From IMG/VR virus record IMGVR_UViG_3300028835_000118, positions 1 through 60,441 of that record: DNA of 60,441 nucleotides, one strand, 5' to 3'. Position 1 is the first letter of the stretch. Each line of letters begins with the position of its first letter. The position numbers and the translations under genes were made by a program. Under the pieces are notes generated by a model. That model searched no databases. It saw nothing but the letters and a program-made list of their open reading frames with translations, and was not told where the DNA came from. This DNA comes from a virus. Its lineage: Duplodnaviria; Caudoviricetes. Positions 33,455 through 43,851 of the stretch are shown piece by piece.

Positions 33455-36400
33455 TTAACTTGAACATCCACATCCATACCATGTTACACTAAAGTTGATT
33501 TGAGGTACGGTGTATGATTTAACACATCTAATAGCTACCTCTGTTGGTAGTAATGTAACTGTTTGTACTAGGTCACTACAATCTGTATATGTAAAGGTTG
33601 CACTTTCTAATCCTACATTTTCAATAGTATACTCGTCACATGCACACTCTGCTACGATAGTATTTAAAACTGCAGTTTGCCCTATGTTAGACGATTGTAT
33701 TACCTCAAAGGTACATGCACCAAATCCTTGTAAAGTTACAATATCTCCTATCATTACTACTCCATCTTGCTGTATATATTCTGTTACCACAGGACCTGTA
33801 GCGTTAGGTAGTAAACATCTTTCTACTTCCCAAGTAAGAATACATCCACAATCCATCTCTGCAGTTACATTAGTTAAACTTAACTGTCTTGCACAAATTT
33901 GAATGGTACTTCCTTCGGTTAGCTCTCCTGATTGAGAGGTGCTACTACAATCTATATAAGTATAGGTACCACCACCGACTCCACCTGTTAAAGTGTAAGT
34001 GCTACATACTTCATTACAATCAGTAATTGTCGGAAGGATAGTGCTAACTACTGCATTGGACGCATTCACCGTTTCAGCACCAACTACATACACACAATTT
34101 GGGTCTGAAGTAATTTGAATAAATGTACCTGAAGTAACCCCCGATGTTGGTGGAATTACTACTTCTGTTCGCTGACCACTTGCAGGAGTTGCTTCTGCAT
34201 CTATACATAATGCAGCAAATCTATTTGCATCCGGCACAGGTTCTCCATCACAATCACAACAAGCTTCAAATGCCGAAACATTAGAGTAGCATAAGTCTAC
34301 ATTGGTTGGTTTTCTGTAATCCCATATTAAATAAAGTTTATTATCTGTAGTCGCAGGCATAGTAAATAAAGCCTCATAGGTGTTAGGTCCACCCACAATA
34401 GGAGTAGCATCTAAGGTGCTTGGATTTGCTAGTAATGCAGCTACAGAAGCTTGACTATTAGTGTACACCGTATTGGTTCTTAGATATTTAAACTTATTTA
34501 CTAGAGGGTTGAAAATAAAATCATCACCATCAGGAATAATTTTATTACTAAGAATCCTAATAGTAGCTCCATTTGCAGGTACTAAGTTTCCTCCTTGTGG
34601 AGCTTGAGTTTGTGAAAACTGAGATACAATTAAACCTGTACCTCCACCAAACACAACTTGCTCTGACTGTAACGCACTTACAAATACACCATCGGTCCAT
34701 CTATATTCATCATGAATTAATTGACCGGCTTCATTGTTTGAGGTAACAGCTACTTGAATAATATCTATTAATGGAGCGTCAGGACAAGTTACTGTAAACT
34801 CAATAGTAACATTATCGTTAGTCATCAGCACAGCTCCAAATTGTAAAAACAATTCCTCTTCCGACACCACATCTTTGTCGAAGTTAAAACTAAATGCTCC
34901 ATCTGCATTTAAGACATCATTAATAACATTAACACCATTATAAACTCCTAATATTGGAATTGGAGTTCCATCATAACCTGTCACAAAGACAGTTACATCT
35001 ACCGGTCCTACTAATGCACCAAGGTTATATATATATTGTTGGTCATTTTCTCCTGTCCAAAGTATAGTTTGAGTTAATCCACACTCAATAATCTCAGGCT
35101 CTCGAGGTTGAAGTCTATCAGAACGAGTTAAAACATATTCATTCATATAAGGGTCATAACCTCCAAACTTAAAAGTATTAAAACTTTCAATAAAATAATC
35201 TCTGAAGAAAGACCTCATCCCTGTCTCCGATATTATGAGTAGCTGCTCATTTTGTGCTGCACTACCTTTAAGCTGAAGTACAGCTCCACGCTTGGCATCA
35301 GTAAAGAACTTATCTGAACCCCATTGAACATAACTTTCAGGGTTATTACTATTTCCATAGTCTTCTACTCTTGCTATCTGAGTTCCCAATACTTCAGGTA
35401 CAGAAGCAATAGACCCACCACCTGCAGAATCCGAAAGTAAATTTTTCCCTGTTAATACATAAGAAATCTTATCTTCTTGTAAACATAATATATCAGTCTC
35501 TCTCCCGTCTAAAACTGTAATAGGACCATATTTGTCTTCAAGAGGTTTAAAGTTGAGTAACCCTAGATTAAACTGATTTAATCTATTTACATTAGTTTCA
35601 TCGTTTATTACTCCACTATATGTTATATCGGCAAATCGATGAGCTTCTTTATAGTCCTGTTCTGAGGTACTTGTTACCCTATTCCCAAGCTCTAAAGGTT
35701 TCCCAATTATAGAATCTTGAATTTTATAACTCTCTACTCCGTTACCAAATGTATAGCAATTAAAAAATAAACTATCAACTATTGCAGGTTGTGTAGGAGT
35801 TTGGTCTTGAATATTACCTGTATGAATTGCTGCCGGTAAAGGAGTGTCTGTAATTGTAACATTAGCAGGGTCTACAGGAGGAGTGCCTGCGCTAACTGCT
35901 GCCGAACCACAGTCTCCATAAACCACTTGTGTTGCTCCGGGATTTACTGTAACACTTTCTGTAACTCCTTGAACCGTATATTCTATTATTAAAGGACTAG
36001 GCTCTGCTGCGTCTACACTAATTTCAATAGAACACTCTTCACTAAAAATAGGATAGGTTTTACTAGACTCATACCATAAATCAGGCTGTGCATCTTGTGG
36101 GTCTGACTCGAAAATAATTAAAGTATTAGTTCTAATAATTGTTATTTCTACATCTAAGGTAGACCTTCTATTTCTGTTTCTTCCACACCCTTTGGTACCT
36201 GTCATAGCTAGAGTTTGCTGCCCTGAATAATCAGTATCAGCTCCATCGTATTCTAAAAATCTAATATAGTTAGTACCCAACGAACAACCAATATCTGTAG
36301 TAGTACGGACAAGTAATCCAAAAATAGTAATGTAGTCAAAACCACCTAATGCAGAATCATATGACCAAGTAGAAGGTGCGTCAGAAGTATCTGTCCTACA

Positions 36401-38953
36401 TTCAGCTTGGCTTGTTAAGCCAAATATATTATCCCCATCCCACCAATCTTTTACACTAGCATAGTCTTGAGAAGCTGTAGCTGTAGTTTCCCATATACAT
36501 TCTCTAAGTTCACACGCTTGTCCTGAACCTCCATTTCTTCTATTAAAATATTCTATTCGCATAGTGGAACCTGCAGGAATATCTATAGGTAAAAATGCCC
36601 AAGTTGTAGGGTCTAATGGGTCATAAGTTGCAGGGTCATAGTCAGGATTAGGAATGGTACAAACATTCATAAATACTCTAGGACACTCATCCCTATTTCC
36701 TCTACCATCTTGAGTGTCCGATATCACAGGATTATCTCCTAGCTCGGTTGCAATTTGGTTAGTGGAAATAAGCATATATGTTCCTTTAGGTACTACAGCT
36801 TGGTCTCCGGCTGAATCCACAGGGAAAGGGTTTATAAAGTCTGCCGGTTGAGCCTCTTTTTCTAATACAGTTACTTCTGTACATCTTAACTTTGGTCCAT
36901 TGGTATCAGCCTTTACAAATAATGTATCTCCGGCTTCTATCTTTTGCGAGTTTTCCCCTTCAAGCCTAAACCATGTTGCACCTAAAGCTTGGTCTCTAAA
37001 GAATAAATTTGTATAAATAATATCATAACCTTCTTTATCAGGCTTTATGCATAGCTTATAATATTTAGCATAAGCAGGTGGAAGCTGAGTAGTTGGTATT
37101 TCTACTCTAATTTTGTTTTGAGTTATAGACTTGTCGCAAGACACATACTGTGTATTGTTAGGACTCACTAGAGCTGTTGAAGCTCTAAGGTATTCATCTA
37201 AATATATAATACCAACCTCATAACCTCTGTTGCTTTTTAAGCTTGTAGCATTAGCCACCTTAGTGTACTCGGCTTCAGCTAATGCAATATTAAGATATTC
37301 ATAAGCTATGTTTGCCGGATTAGTAGTATCAACATACTGAGCAGCGTTGATTTGAATTAGTAAAGTGTCGGGATTACCCGGAGCATCTGTGGCTACCGAA
37401 AATGGTTCGTTAATACCTGTTATACCTGTCCCTGTTTTTTCGTAATTTGTATCTAATGTTAATTGCAAAGCACAATTAAACTCATCAGTTAATGAAGTGC
37501 CATCACATGCATCAGCAAAAACCGGCTCAAGTAACTGTATTGCCTCAGTAAATGCAGGGTCGGCAACTAAGTCTGCTAGAGAAGCATAGTCTTGTGTAAG
37601 GATATAAACAAATGTAAGTCCTATATTGCTATTAGTTTCTGTCAATGAATTACCCGTAGCTCCCCATGAGTCGTGTACTAAATCCATATCTATAGCAATA
37701 CTTGCACCTGCAACTAAATCTATACCGGTGAAGTCTATTTCTAGTACGGTGTCAATTATAGTTACTGCCGGTCCTGCCTCTATGGTATATGTTCCGGCAC
37801 TTTTGGATGATTCTAAAACTTGAAACTCTACAGCTTCACTTAATAATTCTGTAGTGTATTCTAATTTTATTGGGATGCCGTCAGCATCAACTAAATCATA
37901 ACCTTCAAAATAATTTCCATACATCAATCGATTTCCCATTAAGGTTTGAGCCTTTGCTTTTAATGGTACATTATCATAAAGTCTTAGAATTTCTGAGTCA
38001 GCTAGTATAGTAAAAATTTTACTATTACTAAAAGTATATAGCTCCTCACTATTATCAGGTATACCTAGGTCTGCCTTATCAAGTTTTTCAATAACTTTTA
38101 TTGTACCTGTATTCATATCTTTGAATAACAAGTCTATTGCTACCACTAATTCTCCACCTGAGTTATAAGTTATCTCAGCAATGTTAGTGGTATTCAACAT
38201 TCCTTCGTTCAAATACGTTGCCGTAGAAAAAGAAAAAGGACCGGGTATAAAAGATGGAGGTGAAAAAGGTGATGTTGCAGAATACTCATTGTCTGCGTAC
38301 TTATATCTATATCCAAAACAAACAAATCTATCTTCTAAATAATTATTCTGTCCTCCGGATGTTGGTACAATTGATGGTGCTGTATAAGGGGGACGCTTAA
38401 TTACTAATAAAGCTTCTGCAGTAAATTGGTCTACAAAGCTTCCGTTAGGATTAGCGTAGTTTCTTTCTATATTAATAAACCTAGGAGGGTTATTGTTGTC
38501 GGTAAAAAATAAAAGGTTATCTACCCAATCTACTCCTAAAGCTAAATACTCAGGGTCAAAATTTAAAGTAGTGTTTACACCTCCTCCATCATCAATACTA
38601 ATCACATGATAAACTAAAGTTTGAGTGTTAGTATTAAATGATACTATCATATCACATTTACCTGTTGCGCCTTGTGTATACGATGGGTCATGAACAAACC
38701 AAAACATTGTTTCTTGTTCTCCCAAAGCATAAGCTCCAATACAGATAGCGTCTGCTGACAGAGCTACTCCATCATAATTAAGGGTAGTTAATTGCTCATT
38801 ACCTTTGGAGTTTTCAACTGCACCAATTTCCGTAGTCTCAGTTGAACCCAAACGAACATTAACAGCATCAATATACTGCCCATTAGGTAAGAGTCTTTCG
38901 TCAAGACCCTTATTCATTTTTCCTGCTACAAAGTTTCTGCTTGTATTTGCCAT
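33455..38953 (-). CDS. Large tail/stabilization (nozzle-like) protein with a Cys-rich C-terminus
   Basis: N-terminal GKMNKGLDERLLPNGQYIDAVNVR resembles Bacteroidota podovirus tail stabilization proteins. Confidence 0.7.
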   Translation of the reverse strand: MANTSRNFVAGKMNKGLDERLLPNGQYIDAVNVRLGSTETTEIGAVENSKGNEQLTTLNYDGVALSADAICIGAYALGEQETMFWFVHDPSYTQGATGKCDMIVSFNTNTQTLVYHVISIDDGGGVNTTLNFDPEYLALGVDWVDNLLFFTDNNNPPRFINIERNYANPNGSFVDQFTAEALLVIKRPPYTAPSIVPTSGGQNNYLEDRFVCFGYRYKYADNEYSATSPFSPPSFIPGPFSFSTATYLNEGMLNTTNIAEITYNSGGELVVAIDLLFKDMNTGTIKVIEKLDKADLGIPDNSEELYTFSNSKIFTILADSEILRLYDNVPLKAKAQTLMGNRLMYGNYFEGYDLVDADGIPIKLEYTTELLSEAVEFQVLESSKSAGTYTIEAGPAVTIIDTVLEIDFTGIDLVAGASIAIDMDLVHDSWGATGNSLTETNSNIGLTFVYILTQDYASLADLVADPAFTEAIQLLEPVFADACDGTSLTDEFNCALQLTLDTNYEKTGTGITGINEPFSVATDAPGNPDTLLIQINAAQYVDTTNPANIAYEYLNIALAEAEYTKVANATSLKSNRGYEVGIIYLDEYLRASTALVSPNNTQYVSCDKSITQNKIRVEIPTTQLPPAYAKYYKLCIKPDKEGYDIIYTNLFFRDQALGATWFRLEGENSQKIEAGDTLFVKADTNGPKLRCTEVTVLEKEAQPADFINPFPVDSAGDQAVVPKGTYMLISTNQIATELGDNPVISDTQDGRGNRDECPRVFMNVCTIPNPDYDPATYDPLDPTTWAFLPIDIPAGSTMRIEYFNRRNGGSGQACELRECIWETTATASQDYASVKDWWDGDNIFGLTSQAECRTDTSDAPSTWSYDSALGGFDYITIFGLLVRTTTDIGCSLGTNYIRFLEYDGADTDYSGQQTLAMTGTKGCGRNRNRRSTLDVEITIIRTNTLIIFESDPQDAQPDLWYESSKTYPIFSEECSIEISVDAAEPSPLIIEYTVQGVTESVTVNPGATQVVYGDCGSAAVSAGTPPVDPANVTITDTPLPAAIHTGNIQDQTPTQPAIVDSLFFNCYTFGNGVESYKIQDSIIGKPLELGNRVTSTSEQDYKEAHRFADITYSGVINDETNVNRLNQFNLGLLNFKPLEDKYGPITVLDGRETDILCLQEDKISYVLTGKNLLSDSAGGGSIASVPEVLGTQIARVEDYGNSNNPESYVQWGSDKFFTDAKRGAVLQLKGSAAQNEQLLIISETGMRSFFRDYFIESFNTFKFGGYDPYMNEYVLTRSDRLQPREPEIIECGLTQTILWTGENDQQYIYNLGALVGPVDVTVFVTGYDGTPIPILGVYNGVNVINDVLNADGAFSFNFDKDVVSEEELFLQFGAVLMTNDNVTIEFTVTCPDAPLIDIIQVAVTSNNEAGQLIHDEYRWTDGVFVSALQSEQVVFGGGTGLIVSQFSQTQAPQGGNLVPANGATIRILSNKIIPDGDDFIFNPLVNKFKYLRTNTVYTNSQASVAALLANPSTLDATPIVGGPNTYEALFTMPATTDNKLYLIWDYRKPTNVDLCYSNVSAFEACCDCDGEPVPDANRFAALCIDAEATPASGQRTEVVIPPTSGVTSGTFIQITSDPNCVYVVGAETVNASNAVVSTILPTITDCNEVCSTYTLTGGVGGGTYTYIDCSSTSQSGELTEGSTIQICARQLSLTNVTAEMDCGCILTWEVERCLLPNATGPVVTEYIQQDGVVMIGDIVTLQGFGACTFEVIQSSNIGQTAVLNTIVAECACDEYTIENVGLESATFTYTDCSDLVQTVTLLPTEVAIRCVKSYTVPQINFSVTWYGCGCSS

Positions 38954-38954
38954 A

Positions 38955-39878
38955 CTATTTTATCCATTTATCTCTACCTCTAAGATTCATTAACAATCTT
39001 CCCGGGTGTATATTGCTTATTCTAATTTTTGCGTTGCGTAGCAATGAAGCTTTCTTTTTTCTTACTCTATTAACTATGTACTCTTGCACACCAACCTTTG
39101 AACTTAGAATAGCATATTCGATATATGCATAAATATAATCTTCAAATAATTTATTTACCGTAACCAATGAGTCGTCACCATTCTCCATACCATCTGATAC
39201 ATATTCTAAGATACATTTTTCGTTAGCCATACCGGAGCTAAAATTAATTACTCCCCCTTTTCTATCAATAGAAAAAGTCGGGTTAGCATTTGCTGTCTCG
39301 GTGTTTAACCCAAACCTTGCTCCAATTGCATAATCAAAATACCAATACCCATCACAACACCAACCTTCATAGCCATAGAAAATACTATTTTTATTTAAGT
39401 AAATGCTTTTTAATCCTGACGTAATTCTTTCATAATCTAAATCTGAATACTGAGGCTTCAATACATTTCCATCTTGGTCGAATAAAATTCTACAATCGTG
39501 GTCTTGAAGATAGGCATCACTATAATTTGTCTGTATGTTTTCTACTAATGGATATAATAATCCATCTCTAAATACTTGTATTCTCACCCAATTAACATAG
39601 TCAGGTGGTAGTACAAATCTTAATGTGTTACACACATCAAGTTCTAAAATTTTAATTTCTTTGAATGCATCATAATTTAATTCTTGTATCCCTCGTTTTG
39701 CATGGAATAAAATTCTGTATCTTTCTTCGTTGTTAACCAATGAATGATTTCCTGCGTACATTAACTGAAAGTTAGTAACTATGTCTTCTAAACTGACATA
39801 TTGATATGACCCCCAATTAGCATTCTCAGGTGGATTACCTCCGTTTTCATAATATTGATAAGCTGATATATAAGTCAT
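38955..39878 (-). CDS. Putative tail ring/adaptor protein
   Basis: Position downstream of the capsid genes. Confidence 0.55.
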   Translation of the reverse strand: MTYISAYQYYENGGNPPENANWGSYQYVSLEDIVTNFQLMYAGNHSLVNNEERYRILFHAKRGIQELNYDAFKEIKILELDVCNTLRFVLPPDYVNWVRIQVFRDGLLYPLVENIQTNYSDAYLQDHDCRILFDQDGNVLKPQYSDLDYERITSGLKSIYLNKNSIFYGYEGWCCDGYWYFDYAIGARFGLNTETANANPTFSIDRKGGVINFSSGMANEKCILEYVSDGMENGDDSLVTVNKLFEDYIYAYIEYAILSSKVGVQEYIVNRVRKKKASLLRNAKIRISNIHPGRLLMNLRGRDKWIK

Positions 39879-39884
39879 AGTCTA

Positions 39885-40844
39885 CTATTTTTCTTCTTGA
39901 TTTTCTAATTGGTCTAATTGTGTTCCAAACTGAACAGCCGTTACTTCCCTAATCGACATACCTGCAAACTGTAATATCTTCATCACTAATGCATACTCAT
40001 CATCTATCGGTAATTCAAAATCCTGATACGATGGATTCGATTGATTGAATACAGGTTCTCCTCCGGTCAAAGTAGTATAAGTCCATTGTGGGTCTCTAGG
40101 ATATCTAATGTATTGACATTGCACTCCTCCCACTTCATTAATACTATTTGGGAATACCGTTAGTAAAGATTCTTGTTGTGTATATGCAGGATATAAATTG
40201 TTTGGAGTAGTAAGTAAAGACCTGTTAAGTAAAGTGATTTTACTATGAGTAACTTTTTCTGCTTCTGCAACTACACTTGCATCATAAACTAGATAAGACT
40301 CAGCAAGATTTAAAAATATATCTGCCGGATTTCCGAAAGCATCTACTAAAGTTAAAGTAGTAGCCGTCACTACTGAAACAAATGCTGTTTGGTTAGTTGT
40401 GGTATTTGCAACTATATCACCCACCTCAACACCATCAGCTACGAATGTTGCTCCTCCATCTACCAAATCATTAACTTGAACTAAGGTGTTTGTGCCTGAT
40501 GCCAATATCGTAGGGTATACAAGAACTTTATTAAGCAAATAGTAATCACTATTTGTTGTGGCTAAACTTGGAGTAAAGAATGTATTATTATAACTATGTA
40601 ATAAAAAATCAGTTACTGAAAACAAATCTATAACTTCTTCATATCCCTTTTTAATATCTGCATATCCGGTACCGGATTGCCTTGCATTTTCTTTAATGAC
40701 TTGATAGTTGTACTGATAAAAATAATCCTCAAAGATATCTAACTGAGCTTGTTTAGCATAAAGGTTAAAATCTTGTGGAGATATGTATCCATAATTATTT
40801 TTATTAAGTATAGCTAATACCGTGTTTCGGACTGAGTTTATCAT
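39885..40844 (-). CDS. Putative head-tail adaptor/ring protein
   Basis: LNKNNYGYISPQDFNLYAKQAQ N-terminus; position. Confidence 0.6.
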   Translation of the reverse strand: MINSVRNTVLAILNKNNYGYISPQDFNLYAKQAQLDIFEDYFYQYNYQVIKENARQSGTGYADIKKGYEEVIDLFSVTDFLLHSYNNTFFTPSLATTNSDYYLLNKVLVYPTILASGTNTLVQVNDLVDGGATFVADGVEVGDIVANTTTNQTAFVSVVTATTLTLVDAFGNPADIFLNLAESYLVYDASVVAEAEKVTHSKITLLNRSLLTTPNNLYPAYTQQESLLTVFPNSINEVGGVQCQYIRYPRDPQWTYTTLTGGEPVFNQSNPSYQDFELPIDDEYALVMKILQFAGMSIREVTAVQFGTQLDQLENQEEK

Positions 40845-40860
40845 CTATAAATCTTTTTTA

Positions 40861-40906
40861 CAAAGATAAACAAAAAAAAAAGAGGACTATTTTTTTTAGC
40901 CCTCTC
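40861..40906 (-). promoter_or_regulatory. Terminator-like hairpin with T tract, followed by a TATCTTTG -7 box
   Basis: AGAGG/CCTCT stem with an A10 run on +; CAAAGATA at 40861-40868. Confidence 0.55.
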
Positions 40907-40930
40907 TTCATTTCTTTAACAAAACAATTG

Positions 40931-41173
40931 TTATGCAACTGTTGTTATTGCTTGACTTAAGGTTACGTCAATGGTTGAGTCAGTATACGATTGAGCCCAA
41001 ACAGCTACAAGTGCGTTTTCAACTGCAGTTTTATCTGCTGCTCCAAAACTTCCTGCTCCTGTAAGGTCAATTTGCTTGTCGTCATAATTTAGAGTTAAAG
41101 TTCCTCCACTTACACCAACATAGTTTACACTTCCTCCAAAAACATAATCTCCCATTTTTAAAAATTTATTCAT
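40931..41173 (-). CDS. Small putative virion protein
   Basis: 80 aa; resembles its upstream neighbour. Confidence 0.65.
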   Translation of the reverse strand: MNKFLKMGDYVFGGSVNYVGVSGGTLTLNYDDKQIDLTGAGSFGAADKTAVENALVAVWAQSYTDSTIDVTLSQAITTVA

Positions 41174-41185
41174 AGTTTCTAAGTT

Positions 41186-41479
41186 TTAAAAGGTGAATGT
41201 TACTGCGTTTACGTCTTCGCTTAATGCAGGTATCGTATACTTTACCTTGCTCCACTTTTGTTGTTGAGCTTGTTTAATAACACCGAACACTATATCTGCG
41301 TCTGCTTGTACTAATGCTACAAGCCCACCTGTTATAGTGATACTCGAACCGTTATTATAATCAATGATTACATCATCTGCTGCGTCAAGATAGCAAGATG
41401 CAACATTGGTTAATGAAATAAGTCCTGAGGTTTGTACTCCAAGACCATCCGTTGTGGTTATTTCTCCATACTTGTTCAT
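41186..41479 (-). CDS. Small putative virion protein
   Basis: 97 aa in the capsid region. Confidence 0.65.
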   Translation of the reverse strand: MNKYGEITTTDGLGVQTSGLISLTNVASCYLDAADDVIIDYNNGSSITITGGLVALVQADADIVFGVIKQAQQQKWSKVKYTIPALSEDVNAVTFTF

Positions 41480-41523
41480 AATAAAAAAATTTATGAGGTT
41501 AATAAAGTATAAAGATACAAAAT

Positions 41524-42270
41524 TTAATCAAGCAATTTTTCCAAGTATTCTAACTTCTCCACTCCCTCATCAGTCTTGAAATAAGCCGACATTACACGCA
41601 AAGGTTCTTCGCCAAAAGGAATAGTTAAAAGCCTCTTTTTATTAGAAGGAAGATTAAAGTATACATCTTTCTTTTTATTTCTGTATGTTATTAATCTTTC
41701 TTCAAAGAACTTTTGTATAGTAGAATGAAGTTTCAATGCAGGGTCATCAATAGCTTGTAAAAATTCTGCAGGATAATTGCGAGCATATACTAACATATCT
41801 CTTTTCAATTCAGCCGTTGACATCTTATTGACATCACCTTGAAGTAATACCCTACCTACACTTTCCATTACATCTACCGTCATTTGTTTAGCTGCAATTA
41901 AAGCATCTACTTCTACATTCATCTCTGCAACCTCTTGAGCTGCATCTCTCGCTGTGTCTACCTCTTCAAACTTTTTACCATTTAAAGGGTGATAGGCTAA
42001 GAATTTCTGTAATGCTTGGTTTTCTTTTCTAACTGTTAGTAATCCTGATTCAAAAATAATTGGTCTTACAATAGCGTTGCCATCTTGCTCATCTTTAAAA
42101 GGACTCGGTTGATTAGTTGCGTATCTGATTTCTCTATTCTCCCCTGTATCTTCATCAAAATAAAGTAAGGGTCTACGCTTGGAGCTTTTGGAAGGAAGCA
42201 TAAAGCTCAATGGAGCTGCTCCTCTTTTGAGTCTATAGACTCTGTTTTTTAATTCTTTTTTTTCTTTCAT
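41524..42270 (-). CDS. Hypothetical protein following the major capsid protein
   Basis: 248-aa ORF. Confidence 0.75.
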   Translation of the reverse strand: MKEKKELKNRVYRLKRGAAPLSFMLPSKSSKRRPLLYFDEDTGENREIRYATNQPSPFKDEQDGNAIVRPIIFESGLLTVRKENQALQKFLAYHPLNGKKFEEVDTARDAAQEVAEMNVEVDALIAAKQMTVDVMESVGRVLLQGDVNKMSTAELKRDMLVYARNYPAEFLQAIDDPALKLHSTIQKFFEERLITYRNKKKDVYFNLPSNKKRLLTIPFGEEPLRVMSAYFKTDEGVEKLEYLEKLLD

Positions 42271-42296
42271 TTCAGTAAAATTTAATTCAATTAATA

Positions 42297-42332
42297 AATA
42301 AAAAGATAGGGGTGCCCGAAGGCACCCTTATC
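42297..42332 (-). terminator. Intrinsic terminator after the major capsid gene
   Basis: GATAAGGGTGCC-TTCG-GGCACCCCTATC followed by a T tract on the minus strand. Confidence 0.85.
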
Positions 42333-42346
42333 AATATATATAGGTA

Positions 42347-43828
42347 TTATTCTTCAAATAATACGAAGTTGTTAGCACCCATAACACAAACACATCTTTC
42401 TGATAAGAAGTTAACTCTCATCTCATCAATGTCTGTAGTAGCTGCTCCACCTGCTGAACCTGTTATCCAAGTCTTGTAACGTCTGTCTTCAGTTTCTGAA
42501 GCTCTATAACGTACATGAAGGAAAGGTCTCTTAGCGTTTTTACCAAGAACTTGGTCATAAACACTTGTAGAACCTGCCGGTACTAATAAACCTGTGATAG
42601 CACCTGAACCTGCAACTGCCGGAGTGCTTGTTAAGCCACCTCTCATTGTTGGGTCATTCAGATACTTCCAATCAGACTTATAGAAGTCATAACCTCTACG
42701 GAATCCTGTGAATCCTAAGTTAAGAGCCATCTCCTCATCGTTGTCAAATAGTCCGTAAGACGTACCACCTGCACCATATGAGTTTTGAGCTGCTAACATA
42801 TCATCAATATCAAATCCGTATTGTCTGTTAACGAAGATTACATTTTCTTCGATTGCTCCTTGCTTGTCTAATCTATCAATAACTGCATCAAAGTCAGCTA
42901 ATGCATCAGGGTTACCACCACTCCACAGATTTCCTCTAGTTCCTACAGCGTGGAATACACCTTCTGAACCTAGTAAACCTGCTGTTGCTGCACCTGAACC
43001 TGCTTCTGCCGGTACTGCTTCAATCATTGCAGTCTCTAAATAGTCATCGAATCTTAATCTAGTTTCGTGCTCTGATTTTAGATACCATAAGTATCCTGTA
43101 GCACCATCTTCTGTAGTAATCTCAACCCATCCAATTTGAGCCATGTCCGAACCATTTACAAGATAAGTATCTTTTAAAATGATTGGCTTGTTCTCAAAGA
43201 TGTAGTCATCAGACTCTAAAGAACCTTGCATTCCTGCAGTTCCTTTTTCGAATTCAGAACCATAGATGAATACTGTAACATCAGCATTACCTAATCCTGT
43301 ACCTGCAGTTACTAAACCACCTGCTTCGTAGAAAGCTACATCGAATTGAAGAATATTACCACCAACATCTACTGCTGTAATAATACCTTTGTTTTCACCT
43401 GAGCCATCGTTCTGACTTATCACAACTGTTTGACCTACTCTTAGACCCGGAGACCCTTGAGCATCAAACGGATTGCTACCTGTTATAACTGTCCCTGCCG
43501 GGTTTGCACCGATTGCCGGGTCGTTAATTTGGAACGTAGCATTGTTTGCTGCTGCTGCTGCTGCTGTTCCAACTTCTACATATTTAATATGTAGTCTACC
43601 TTGCTCTGCCCACTTGATAAGGTCAGAGTTAGAAGGCATCTCAGCTCCCACCATTCTTAGGAACGAGCTAAGTGTACGATTACCATACCTTTCAAATTCT
43701 TTCTCATATGTATCAGGAAGATACTGATTTAAGAAGTCAAAGTTGGTAATGTAATTTGTTTCCAACGGGACTCTCTGCGCTGAAGGCTGTAGAGACCATG
43801 TTGGATTTGCTGCTAAATTACCTGCCAT
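42347..43828 (-). CDS. Major capsid protein
   Basis: 493 aa, downstream of portal and scaffold, followed by a strong terminator; QYLPD.YEKEFERYGNRT..WAEQGRLH. Confidence 0.8.
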   Translation of the reverse strand: MAGNLAANPTWSLQPSAQRVPLETNYITNFDFLNQYLPDTYEKEFERYGNRTLSSFLRMVGAEMPSNSDLIKWAEQGRLHIKYVEVGTAAAAAANNATFQINDPAIGANPAGTVITGSNPFDAQGSPGLRVGQTVVISQNDGSGENKGIITAVDVGGNILQFDVAFYEAGGLVTAGTGLGNADVTVFIYGSEFEKGTAGMQGSLESDDYIFENKPIILKDTYLVNGSDMAQIGWVEITTEDGATGYLWYLKSEHETRLRFDDYLETAMIEAVPAEAGSGAATAGLLGSEGVFHAVGTRGNLWSGGNPDALADFDAVIDRLDKQGAIEENVIFVNRQYGFDIDDMLAAQNSYGAGGTSYGLFDNDEEMALNLGFTGFRRGYDFYKSDWKYLNDPTMRGGLTSTPAVAGSGAITGLLVPAGSTSVYDQVLGKNAKRPFLHVRYRASETEDRRYKTWITGSAGGAATTDIDEMRVNFLSERCVCVMGANNFVLFEE

Positions 43829-43851
43829 TTTTTCTAATTTTTAAATGATTA

